From: Candidatus Lustribacter sp.
Lineage (GTDB): Bacteria > Vulcanimicrobiota > Vulcanimicrobiia > Vulcanimicrobiales > Vulcanimicrobiaceae
Assembly (NCBI GenBank): GCA_965277075.1
Contig: OZ255707.1
Location: forward strand, 1,211,338 to 1,275,337
DNA length: 64,000 nt
Direction of reading: 5' to 3'
Both the position numbers and the translations under genes were made by a program. The notes under the pieces are model-generated. The model saw only the letters and a list, made by a program, of their open reading frames with translations. It did no database searches and was not told where the DNA came from. This document shows, in pieces, positions 8,479 to 18,785 of this stretch (its first letter is position 1; every line of letters starts with the position of its first letter).

Positions 8479-10249
8479 CGCTCGGCGCAATCGCGGGCAG
8501 AATTCGCCGGTCGGGCGCAGCGGCCGCCGAACGGTCGCGCCCATCGGCTTTCGCTCGGTAAAGGGCGCCGTCGGCAAAACTGATCAGCATCCCCGGAGTA
8601 TCCGATTCGTTCGGAACGAGGGTTGCGCAGCCGGCGCTGATCGTCAGGAGACCGTCGTCGAAGGCAATGGCGAGCGCGCGAACGGCCAAGCGAACCGTTT
8701 CCGCCGCCGTAATCGCGCCTTCCGGCGACGTCTCGGCAAGAATCAAGCCGAACTCTTCGCCGCCGTAGCGGGCCGCGAAGTCGCCCGGGCGGCGCGCGGC
8801 TCGCTCGATCTCGGCCGCGACCATCTTGAGCGCAGCGTCGCCCTGCTGATGGCCGAAGCGATCGTTGTACGCCTTGAAGCGGTCGATGTCGAAGAGCAAG
8901 AGCGAAAGCGGTCGTGCGGTTCGCACGCCACGCCGCCACTCGTTCTCCAGCGCATCGTCGAACGAACGGCGATTCGGGATGTCGGTCAGTTGATCGCGAT
9001 ACGCGTATACCGCGAGGCGTGCGGTTTCGCGTTCGGCCAAGCGAATGCGGTCGGCGAGCGCGAACGCCAGGAAGATCGCTTCCCATGCAACGCCGGTCGC
9101 CGAACAAAGATCGTCCCAAACGGGAAGCTTCAGGAGACCGTAATCGGCCGCTTCGGCGACAAACAGTCCGATGGCCGCACCCGCAAAGCCGATCACGTAG
9201 TACCGCGCGGAGACGACATCATTGAACCAGGCGACGAATCCGGCAGCGAGCAGCGTGACGATCATGAACAAAACGCAAATCGGATCGAGGAAACTCCACA
9301 TGTGCGAAACCGCGACGAAACCGGGAAAGCCGACGTAGAGCACGGCATCGAGCGCGAGTGCGCCGAGCGCGAGAAGCACGATGCGATCGGTCCACGGCGC
9401 GACGCGCGGTAAATCGAGGAACGAGCGCGTGAATGCGGTGACCAGCGCGAAATAGATCACGTACGCGATATATGCCGGCGCGTCGTCGCGAACGCCGAGC
9501 TGCGGCCACACGGCCGTCCACGCAACGCCGCTTTGAATCGTTTGGAACGCGATCATCGCCAGCATCGCGAGCGAGTAGAGCAGGTACGAAGGCTGGCGCA
9601 GCATCGCGTAGAGCAATAGGTTGAAGAGCGCCATCGCCAAGAGCATCCCGCCGAGGAATGCCATCGGCGCATAGTAGTCGTGCGCGTCCGCGTCGTCGGC
9701 GGCATCCAACGACGCCGCGGTGCGCAGTTCGAACGGAGCGAACGCCGTCTTCATCACGTTCATCTCGATCACGAGCGTGTCGCCGGCGCGCACCGTTTGC
9801 GGCAACGGCACGCGATCGTCGTAGGTGTGCTCCGCGCGCTGCGCGACCGGAATCTCCATCCCGATCGGTACGCGCGAACGCACGATGCCGGCGGGCGAGA
9901 CATCGCTCAAGGTGCCGCGCGCCACCATGAACGAGAGGTGCAGCATCCATCCGAAGCCGCCGCGAATTTCGGGCGGAAGCTGGACGCGGTACGTGACGGC
10001 CGCGGGCGTGACATATGTCATGCTCGCCGATTCCGGTACGTCCCCGAACGAAACAAAACATCGATCGGGTAGCCGCGCGATCTCGTCGACGCGCGTTGCG
10101 GGGCAACGCGTCGCGTCAAGCGCTTGCGCGAGGGACCGCAAATCGATCGCGTCGGACGCACGCGACGGTGCCGCGACCGCCGGCGGCGCGAGCAGCAGCA
10201 ACGCCAGCAGGATCGGCAGCCGGAACCGCCAGCGCCGACGGCTCGGCAT
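8468..10249 (-). CDS. 7TMR-DISM sensor diguanylate cyclase (GGDEF)
   Basis: The ATG at 10249 gives MPSRRRWRFRLPILLALLLLAPPAVAAP (signal). This is followed by a periplasmic domain, seven hydrophobic helices and a GGDEF domain (DIPNRRSFDDALE...RYGGEEFGLIL). Confidence 0.85.
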   Translation of the reverse strand: MPSRRRWRFRLPILLALLLLAPPAVAAPSRASDAIDLRSLAQALDATRCPATRVDEIARLPDRCFVSFGDVPESASMTYVTPAAVTYRVQLPPEIRGGFGWMLHLSFMVARGTLSDVSPAGIVRSRVPIGMEIPVAQRAEHTYDDRVPLPQTVRAGDTLVIEMNVMKTAFAPFELRTAASLDAADDADAHDYYAPMAFLGGMLLAMALFNLLLYAMLRQPSYLLYSLAMLAMIAFQTIQSGVAWTAVWPQLGVRDDAPAYIAYVIYFALVTAFTRSFLDLPRVAPWTDRIVLLALGALALDAVLYVGFPGFVAVSHMWSFLDPICVLFMIVTLLAAGFVAWFNDVVSARYYVIGFAGAAIGLFVAEAADYGLLKLPVWDDLCSATGVAWEAIFLAFALADRIRLAERETARLAVYAYRDQLTDIPNRRSFDDALENEWRRGVRTARPLSLLLFDIDRFKAYNDRFGHQQGDAALKMVAAEIERAARRPGDFAARYGGEEFGLILAETSPEGAITAAETVRLAVRALAIAFDDGLLTISAGCATLVPNESDTPGMLISFADGALYRAKADGRDRSAAAAPDRRILPAIAPSVMS

Positions 10250-10276
10250 GCGGCCTTTCGTTAGCCTCTCGCGATC

Positions 10277-11011
10277 ATGCCGAAGGCGGCCACCGATAAG
10301 GTCGCCGTTGCCGGGAAGTCCATACCAAGAACATCGTTGCACGGTCGTCGTGAAACCTGCGCCCTCAGTTGCAAAGTAACACATTCTTCGCATTTATCAG
10401 AGCGTACGGAACGCACATATTGCCGCAACGGCGCGTTCATCGCGGGCGCGTACCGTCGGCCGGTGATCGATGCAGCGCCGTGCCACCGTGAAGCCGTCGA
10501 GCTCGTCCTCGGGCGATTCGGAGACGGTCCGTGCGCGGTCGCGGAGCGGGCCGGCATCCGAATCGTCGTCCTCGGCTCCGGAGAGCGTTTCGACGAACGG
10601 TCGAGCGCGCTGCGCCGAATCGGCGCCGGCGTGGACGGCTGGCCGGTACCGCCGGCCGGCCTGTTCGTCGTCGAGGAGCGCACGATGTACCTGCGCTCGA
10701 CGACCCCGATGACCGTCGCGCATGAGTTCGGGCACGCGTTGGACTGCGCGCTGGGCGGCGGAGTCTACCTGAGCAGCGTCGACCCGCGAATCCGGCGTGC
10801 CTTCGCGCGTGCAACGGCCTTCGTCACCCCGTACGCGGCGTCGGCGTGCGATGAGTATTTTGCGGAAGCGTTACGCGCGTGGGTCGGCGTGAATGACTCG
10901 CCGTCACTCTGGCCGCGCGCAACGCGCGAGCGCTTATGGGCGCTCGATCCGCGCGTCGCGGAAATCGTCGCCTCACTGTTTGCTAACGAGCTGAGCGATC
11001 CGTCAACGTAG
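10277..11011 (+). CDS. HEXXH zinc metalloprotease-like protein (MtfA/ATLF-like zincin)
   Basis: Contains TVAHEFGHALD and a downstream DEYFAEALRAW (Glu-containing third-ligand motif). The first roughly 40 codons of the track ORF look non-coding, so the start is probably later. Confidence 0.6.
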   Translation: MPKAATDKVAVAGKSIPRTSLHGRRETCALSCKVTHSSHLSERTERTYCRNGAFIAGAYRRPVIDAAPCHREAVELVLGRFGDGPCAVAERAGIRIVVLGSGERFDERSSALRRIGAGVDGWPVPPAGLFVVEERTMYLRSTTPMTVAHEFGHALDCALGGGVYLSSVDPRIRRAFARATAFVTPYAASACDEYFAEALRAWVGVNDSPSLWPRATRERLWALDPRVAEIVASLFANELSDPST

Positions 11012-11019
11012 CGGCGCAA
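10955..11019 (+). repeat. Direct repeat copy A (3' end of the zincin gene plus stop)
   Basis: GTCGCGGAAATCGTCGC...CCGTCAACGTAGCG.CGCAA recurs at 11601-11664. The first 17 nt and a 14-nt block are identical. Overall about three quarters of positions match, with one 1-nt indel. Confidence 0.7.
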
Positions 11020-11118
11020 CACCCAGTAAACGCGAACGGCCCTGATACGGCTATCGACCAACAATGCATGAATTTCGGTTCGCGTCGGCTCTTTGCGGCG
11101 CTGTTTGCGAGCTCGACG

Positions 11119-11582
11119 TCACGCATAGCGCCTTTTGAGAGATACGATGCCATCGTTTATTTCTGCTTGAGCATTCGACGGCAGCGAATCAACGTCGTCG
11201 AGGAATAGTTGCCGTTCGAACGTCACGTGCCGTGTATTCATGAGTGCCTCGGCGCGCCATTCCCCGTCGCGCTTGCTCACAACCGTCAGCTGCATGGAAG
11301 CTCGCGAGGGGAGCGCATCGGATGCCGCGTCTGGCGCATATGAGATGATGGAGTGCATCACTGCTTGCACGGAGCCCATGAACCGCACGAATTTCACGTC
11401 GCCTGCGATGCGCGACCCCTTCACGGCTGTTTCGAAAATCCGTTGATGAAACGCAATGATTTGCTCGCGGCTGACTCTTTGTGAAAGTCCGATCCAGCAT
11501 CTTTTGCCACCGCGGCAACATTGGTTCCTGACTCGCGATGAGACCGATTGCGCCAACAGCGACAAACGTACGCCTTACCCAT
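11119..11582 (-). pseudogene. SnoaL-like/DUF4440 (SgcJ/EcaC-type) gene, apparently frameshifted
   Basis: The C-terminal part lies in frame of ORF 11119..11565 (REQIIAFHQRIFETAVKGSRIAGDVKFVRF...VVSKRDGEWRAEALMNTR). The expected N-terminal part (MGKAYVCRCWRNRSHRESGTNVAAVAKDAGSDF) lies in the frame of ORF 11421..11696. The inferred shift is near 11470-11490. Confidence 0.45.
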
Positions 11583-11600
11583 ACAGTTCGAAATCCCAGG

Positions 11601-11664
11601 GTCGCGGAAATCGTCGCGTCGCTTTCCGGAACGAAAGTAGCGAGCCGTCAACGTAGCGACGCAA
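11601..11664 (+). repeat. Direct repeat copy B (displaced or relic zincin 3' end)
   Basis: Reads NPRVAEIVASL..., compared with DPRVAEIVASL in copy A. It then goes out of frame through a 1-nt indel, yet retains CCGTCAACGTAGCG. Confidence 0.7.
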
Positions 11665-11846
11665 TATTTGCAGCATTGCTGCAGCACGGGAAGCAACGGG
11701 ATGAAGGCGACAAGGCGAGTCTTCCGGTGCGTGCAGCCTTGTCATCGTCACCGTGAACATGAACGACCGGCGGATGCCAACCCATTTCATTCCACACGGC
11801 GCCGGGGCGGATTGTTTGCCGGCGCCGGCTAGTGACCAGCGTAGGA

Positions 11847-12062
11847 TTAATCGCTGTCGTCAAGCACGAGCGCGTCTTCACCAAGAAGATAGGCAACGGC
11901 ACTGGCGATCTCCGTGCCCAGCGTCAACGCTAGATGCGTTTCGGTTGCGAGCAAATCGACGCGAAGATTGCCTGACGTTGAATGGCGCTCGAAAATGGCG
12001 AGGGTATTGGATGCACGGTGCTCGGCAGCCATCCTAGTGTCGTGAACCGAAAGTCCGCGCAC
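11847..12062 (-). CDS. Small hypothetical ORF downstream of the antitoxin-like gene
   Basis: 71 aa (61 aa from the second Met at 12032). No recognisable domain. It sits in the lower-GC island and its 5' end overlaps the left 14-bp inverted repeat. Confidence 0.2.
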   Translation of the reverse strand: MRGLSVHDTRMAAEHRASNTLAIFERHSTSGNLRVDLLATETHLALTLGTEIASAVAYLLGEDALVLDDSD

Positions 12063-12200
12063 AAAATCTCACTCGTCTTTTTGCACGACTCGTCGTCGTT
12101 CTTCGCTCACAACGCGGCGACGTTGCTTCCTCATCACTCCTCGATTCGTACAAAAATCCTTCGTGATCTTTTGCACGGAACTTCCTGTTCACGACACTAG
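12034..12200. repeat. Perfect 14-bp inverted repeat pair flanking 139 bp
   Basis: CTAGTGTCGTGAAC (12034-12047) and GTTCACGACACTAG (12187-12200) are exact reverse complements. The interior holds the direct repeat TCTTTT(T)GCACG at about 12074 and about 12166. Confidence 0.8.
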
Positions 12201-12592
12201 CGGTACGCAAACTCGAACGCGGCGCGAAGCACCTGTGTATACTGTTCGCTCTCGCTCGCCCCGCGCAGAACGCTGATTGGGGATTGCATCTCGAAGTGCT
12301 GATTGCAGCCGACGAACCAAGCTCGCGCGACGTCGCTGCCGACAAGATCATGCAGCACGCGCGCGGCTTGCAGGGCGGTACGCAGCGCTTCCTCTCGTTG
12401 CGGCTTTGCCTTGTCCTCAATCCAGCGCTGGACAAGGCGCGTCTCTTTCACGTCGCCGATCGCCGCCACGCGTTTCGGGCCGAGGATCCTAACCAAATCC
12501 GAGACCACCTCGGCTGGCGAGAGGCGCGCTACCTCGTCAATGCGCCCCGGGTGCAGCTCGCGGTCGTCCGGTAGCATCAATTCGCGCATCAA
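12197..12592 (-). CDS. Xre-like HTH / DUF2384 (MbcA/ParS-type) antitoxin-like protein, no partner toxin seen
   Basis: 131 aa. ...LGPKRVAAIGDVKETRLVQRWIEDKAKPQREEALRTALQAARVLHDLVG...ARAWFVGCNQHFEMQSPISVLRG fits the Xre-HTH plus toxin-binding-domain layout of that antitoxin family. The call is from memory. Confidence 0.55.
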   Translation of the reverse strand: MMRELMLPDDRELHPGRIDEVARLSPAEVVSDLVRILGPKRVAAIGDVKETRLVQRWIEDKAKPQREEALRTALQAARVLHDLVGSDVARAWFVGCNQHFEMQSPISVLRGASESEQYTQVLRAAFEFAYR

Positions 12593-12658
12593 GCCCTTAT
12601 CCTACCATATCTCCACCCGAAACTCCAGCACACACTCCGGGGTAAAATCCGCTTCGCC

Positions 12659-12690
12659 GCGTGCGCCATTATAGAGTGCTTTTCGCACGC
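12659..12690 (-). promoter_or_regulatory. Putative promoter/operator of the antitoxin-like gene
   Basis: The minus strand has a perfect TATAAT (12673-12668), bracketed by the inverted repeat GCGTGCG (12659-12665) / CGCACGC (12684-12690). It lies about 75 nt upstream of ATG 12592. The -35 is poor. Confidence 0.4.
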
Positions 12691-12947
12691 TAATATTCCG
12701 AAAACGCGGGTCCGGGACGGCTGCTCCACCGGCTCCGCCCGCCTCGGGGGGCATTCGGCATGGGGCCGCTCATCTCGCCGTCAACTCGACCTTGATCGCA
12801 ACGGCATCGTCGAAGTCCTTCGGCGACTGCCGCCACAACCGGACATCGAGTTGACGGTAGACGGGGCTCCGGTGGCGTTTTTTCGAGGAAACGATGGTAA
12901 TGGATTAAGCGGCGCACGGGTGACGTTGGGCATCGAGCTGTTGAGTG

Positions 12948-13575
12948 TTACGATCTCCGGATTTTGCTTCGGCTAATGTGCGGCGTCGTCGTGCAGCGGC
13001 GGCGTTCGCGCGCCGCATATTCGGCGCATTGCTGCAGCAGCTTTGCGACGAGCCCGGTCCAGCCGGTTTGGTGACTCGCGCCGATGCCGGCGCCGTTGTC
13101 GCCATGGAAATACTCGTAGAAGAGCACGTGGTCGCGCCAATGCGGATCGTTCTGAAAAGTTCGTTCCCGCCGAAGACGGGACGGCGCCCCGTCTCATCGC
13201 GCGTGAAGATCGAGATGAGCCGGTGCGAGATCTCGTTTGCTGCATCCCACAGCGTGCCGTCCGAGCCGTCCGGCAACCGTACTTTGAACGGATCGCCGAG
13301 GAAGTAGTGATACTTCTGGAGCGCTTCGACGAGCAAGTAGTTGATCGGGAACCAGACCGGTCCGCGCCAGTTGGAATTCCGCCGAAGAGCCCGCTCGATG
13401 ATTCCGCCGGCTCGTAGTCGACGCGGTGTTCGACGCCCGCAACGCGTAGGATGTACGGATGATCGCGGTGATAGGCCGAGATCGCGCGAATGCCGTGATT
13501 GCCGAGAAACTCGTTGGGATCGAGCATTTTCTCAAGAATCGTGCGCAGCCGCTCGGCGTTCACGATCGCTAGCAA
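12948..13575 (-). pseudogene. C-terminal remnant of a GH63/MGH1-like glycoside hydrolase with two frameshifts
   Basis: Three frames must be joined to read the protein. Frame 1: ...ERLRTILEKMLDPNEFLGNHGIRAISAYHRDHPY...VDYEPAESSSGLFGG. Frame 2: NSNWRGPVWFPINYLLVEALQKYHYFLGDPFKVRLPDGSDG...[11 protein letters not shown]. Frame 3: [40 protein letters not shown]. The N-terminal roughly 600+ aa are absent. Confidence 0.7.
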
Positions 13576-13587
13576 CCGGCGTTCTTG

Positions 13588-14565
13588 CGTTCGACTCGAT
13601 CACCTCGTGCTCGCGCTCGGGGCGGTCAGCAATTTTTTCGGTCACGATGCGATCGAACGGGTCGCCGTGGAGTTCAAATCGCTGACCGACGCGATCGGCA
13701 TACGTAATCGTGTCATCGACATGTTCGAACGCGCCGACCGCGAGCCGGACGAGGCGATACGGCGACGCTACTTGACGTTCTTCGTCGCCGGCGGCGGCTT
13801 CGCCGGCATCGAACTTGCCGGTGCGCTCAACGACTTCGCCCGCGGTATCGTCGCAGACTATCGCAGCCTTCATTCCGCCGACATCCGGTCGTCGTCGTCC
13901 ACTCACGTGACCGCATCTTGCCCGAACTGAGCGAAACGCTCGCGAGCTATGCGCTCACCAAGATGAAGGAACGCGGCGTTGCGTTTCAATTGAGCACGCA
14001 CGTTGCCGACGCGACGCCTGACGCCGTCTTGCTCGAGCCCGGCGAAGCAATCCTGGCCAACACCCTCGTTTGGACGGCCGGCACGATCCCGCATCCATTG
14101 GCCGGTGCGCTCGATATCGCGCACGATAAGCGCGGAGCGGTCGTGGTGACGGCTGAGTTAGCGGTGCCCGATCGCACCGGGCTCTGGGCACTTGGCGATT
14201 GTGCGGCGATTCCCGACCGCGCGAACGGTGGAACGTATCCGCCCACCGCACAGCACGCATTGCGCGAGGCGGCAACGTTCGCGCATAACGTCCTCGCCAG
14301 CGTGCGTGAGAAACCACTCGCGTCATTTTCATTCGAATCGCTCGGCTCGTTGTGCGTCATCGGCTATCAAACCGCGTGCGCTGAAGTACGAGTTCCGTTC
14401 AGCAGCAAGAAATTGCGCTTCTCCGGCACATTCGCGTGGTTTCTCTGGCGCGCGATCTATCTCGCAAAGTTGCCCGGATTCGAGCGTAAGGTGCGCGTTC
14501 TCGTCGACTGGACAACGGAGCTCTTTTTCCCGCGCGACACCGTGCAAACGATCGAACTATCATGA
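13588..14565 (+). pseudogene. Type II NADH dehydrogenase (NDH-2), 5'-truncated with one frameshift
   Basis: Homology begins at LDHLVLALGAVSNFFG, so the first roughly 100 aa and the first GxGxxG are missing. The second dinucleotide fold FFVAGGGFAGIELAG is present. The frame shifts at about 13885 (ADIR|VVVVHSRDRILPEL; CCGGTC where CCGGGTC is expected). The C-terminus is FAWFLWRAIYLAKLPGF. Confidence 0.7.
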
Positions 14566-15640
14566 CGCCCGCTGCCGTTGCGCGGCCGCCCTCGCGAGGA
14601 TCCGCCCTCATCTGGTCGCTCGGCTTCGCCTTCTTGGCGTGGATTTTCGTCTGTGCGGTCGCCGATCTTGGCCATAGCACGGACGGACTGCGCCCGATGA
14701 TGGACACCGCACGCGCGCGCTTTCCGCTCTTGGTCGGCGTGGTTCTCGCTTCGGTGCCGGTCGGTCTCATCGTCGGCAGCATCGCCGGCGCGCGTGTTGC
14801 CGATCGGCCGCGGTTGAACGTTGCGCGAGCGCTCGTCGCGGGCGGTTCGCGGGCATCTTCGGCGGCTGGGCATTCGGCAAATGGGTGGAGCAAGCGGGTT
14901 TTTTCCGCTCATCGCCGGCCTGGTACATTCGAAGGTTGTGCTCGTCGGCGTTGCGCTCCACTTCGCGATCGCGATCGTGATCGGCGCAACGTTCGGTTTA
15001 CTGTTCCAGCGCGAAATCCGCGGTCTGGGATCGAGCTTGGCATGGGGCGCCTCGTACGGTCTCTTGTGGTGGTTCGTCGGTCCGCTCACGCTTCTGCCGC
15101 TCTTTGCGGGAGCGCATCCTGACTGGTCGAGCGGTCACGCAGCGTCGGTTTTTGGTTCGCTCGTCGGTCACATCGTGTACGGGCTGATCGTCGGCTTGCT
15201 CTATGCGATCGTCGACGGTTCGTGGATATGGTCCACCTCATCATCTCGGCGATCATCGGAGCCACGTACGGACTCTTCTTCCACTACGAAGCGTCGGACG
15301 AACTGGGCGCCATTGCGTGGGGCGCCGTGTATGGTCTTCATCTGGTGGTTCATCGGCCCGTTGACGCTGTTCCCGATCCTGCTCGGCGGCACGTTCACCT
15401 GGACGACGACGGCGGCGAACGCTCAATTACCGTCGCTGATCGGGCACCTGATCAACGGCATGGGGTTTGGCCGTCGTCTTTCGCGCGCTCGAACGGCGTC
15501 ATTTGAAGCACCTCTTTATCGACGAGCGGCTCGAGCGTCGCTGGATGCGCAAACGCAGACCGGCCGGCGGCCCGGCGCCGGCGCTGTGGCTGTTCTTTCT
15601 CGGAGCCGGCACCATGTTACCGATCGTGCCCGGGGGTTAG
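14562..15640 (+). pseudogene. Internally duplicated polytopic membrane protein, about five frameshifts
   Basis: The ATG overlaps the NDH-2 stop (ATGA). The protein-like reading switches frames 0>2>1>0>1>2. One shift is at a T6 run (14899-14904) and one is at GGTCTTCATC (about 15335). Two repeat units carry IGAT(F/Y)GL(L/F)F...WGA.YGL.WWF.GPLTL.P. The final frame ends ...LFFLGAGTMLPIVPGG* at 15640. Confidence 0.6.
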
Positions 15641-16896
15641 CCGAAGCGTCGCCGGAGCCGGCGCGAAGACGCGGATCAGATCGTCGACGACGGGACTGTA
15701 GCGGATTCGCGTGCGGCGGACCAGGCTCTCGAATCCGTCGGCGTAGTGCGCCTTGGCTTTTTCCATCCGCAGTTCGATCGTGCGATTGCGTTCCGGATCG
15801 CGAACGACGCCGATCGGGTCTTCGCCGTTCTCGACCTTCGCAAGCTCGCGGCGTAACATGCGGCGGAAAAGCGTGAGGCCACGATCGGATGCCCCGAGCG
15901 TTTCGCGCGTGCGGTCGGCGATGGGACCTTGCGTCACCCACGCCATGATATCTTGTCCGTCGACGAGGTCGGTGAGATACTCACCGCGTTCGTCGACGAA
16001 CGGGACATCGTACATCGGCACGTCGTCGAGCAGCTTCGCCGGAACGGCTTGCCCCTCGAGCGGGACGTACGCGTTGTACCAGTAGTGCATCGTATGCGTG
16101 TCGTCCATGGGCACGCGAATCTGAAACGCGTGCATCCGCCACGAATCGCTGGCATTGCCGACGGCGAGAATGTTCGGAAACACCATCGGATGGCCGGTCT
16201 TCCAATCGTCGGCGTCTTCCGACTGACCTTCGAGCAGGCGCCGCTTGTAAATGCCGAAGTCGAACTCGTCGAACGCAATCTTCACGTGGTGGCGCGCAAT
16301 TGCCACGCTCTCGCCGTCTTGCTCGCGTTCGAACTCGTAAAGCTTTCCGTGCAGCCACTCCGTGTGGACCGGATCCACTGAGTTCTCCATGATTTGCAGC
16401 CAGTTGCACGGAACGACCGCGCGCCCGATCATGCGGATCGCGCGGTCGGTCACGAAGCCGTCGAGTCGCGGGAGCAGCGGCACCGGTTGCGGACCAAGAT
16501 ACGCAAAAAGCATTCCGCCGAGCTGTTCGACCGCATACGCCGGCGTGCGAATCTTGTCTTTGAAACGGCTCTCTTCGGGCTCGTTCGGCTGCTCGACGCA
16601 CGCACCGGTACGGTCGAACTCCCAGCCGTGGTACGGACAGCGTATTCCGGCAGCCGTCGGAATACCGTATGCAAGCGATGCCCGTCGATGCGGGCACGAC
16701 TCCTCGATCAAACCGAAGCGGCCGGAACGATCGCGATACAAGACGAGGTCTTCACCGAGCAATCGCACGCGCTTCGTCCACACCTCGCGCATCTCGGTGA
16801 CGCCGGCAACCGGATACCAGTAGCGTCGCATCAGCGCGCCCATCGGCGTTCCCGGACCGATCCGCGTGAGCAGTTCGTTCTCCTGCGCGGTGAGCA

Positions 16897-16897
<1 letters not shown>
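15617..16897 (-). CDS. Rieske (2Fe-2S) non-heme-iron oxygenase, alpha-subunit-like
   Basis: 426 aa with the Rieske motif CPHRRASL...CPYHGWEF and the mononuclear-iron motif NWLQIMENSVDPVHTEWLH. Its ATG overlaps the leuA TAA (TAATG). Confidence 0.85.
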
Positions 16898-18733
<1,836 letters not shown>

Positions 18734-18785
18734 CTCCCGCTGTATACGACGTCCCCCCGGGCAGGCGCCTGCGCCGGGCCGGAGC

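Noticed and set aside
11585-11600. GTTCGAAATCCC next to repeat copy B, considered as a tRNA T-arm fragment marking an integration site
   Set aside because: The flanking bases cannot form a T-stem or acceptor stem, and no cloverleaf can be drawn. The similarity is limited to a TTCGAA-like hexamer.
11847-12062. 71-codon ORF considered as the missing RES/ART toxin of the antitoxin-like gene
   Set aside because: It is too short, lacks Arg-Glu-Ser type motifs, and is separated from the antitoxin-like gene by a repeat-flanked insert. I kept it only as a low-confidence hypothetical ORF.
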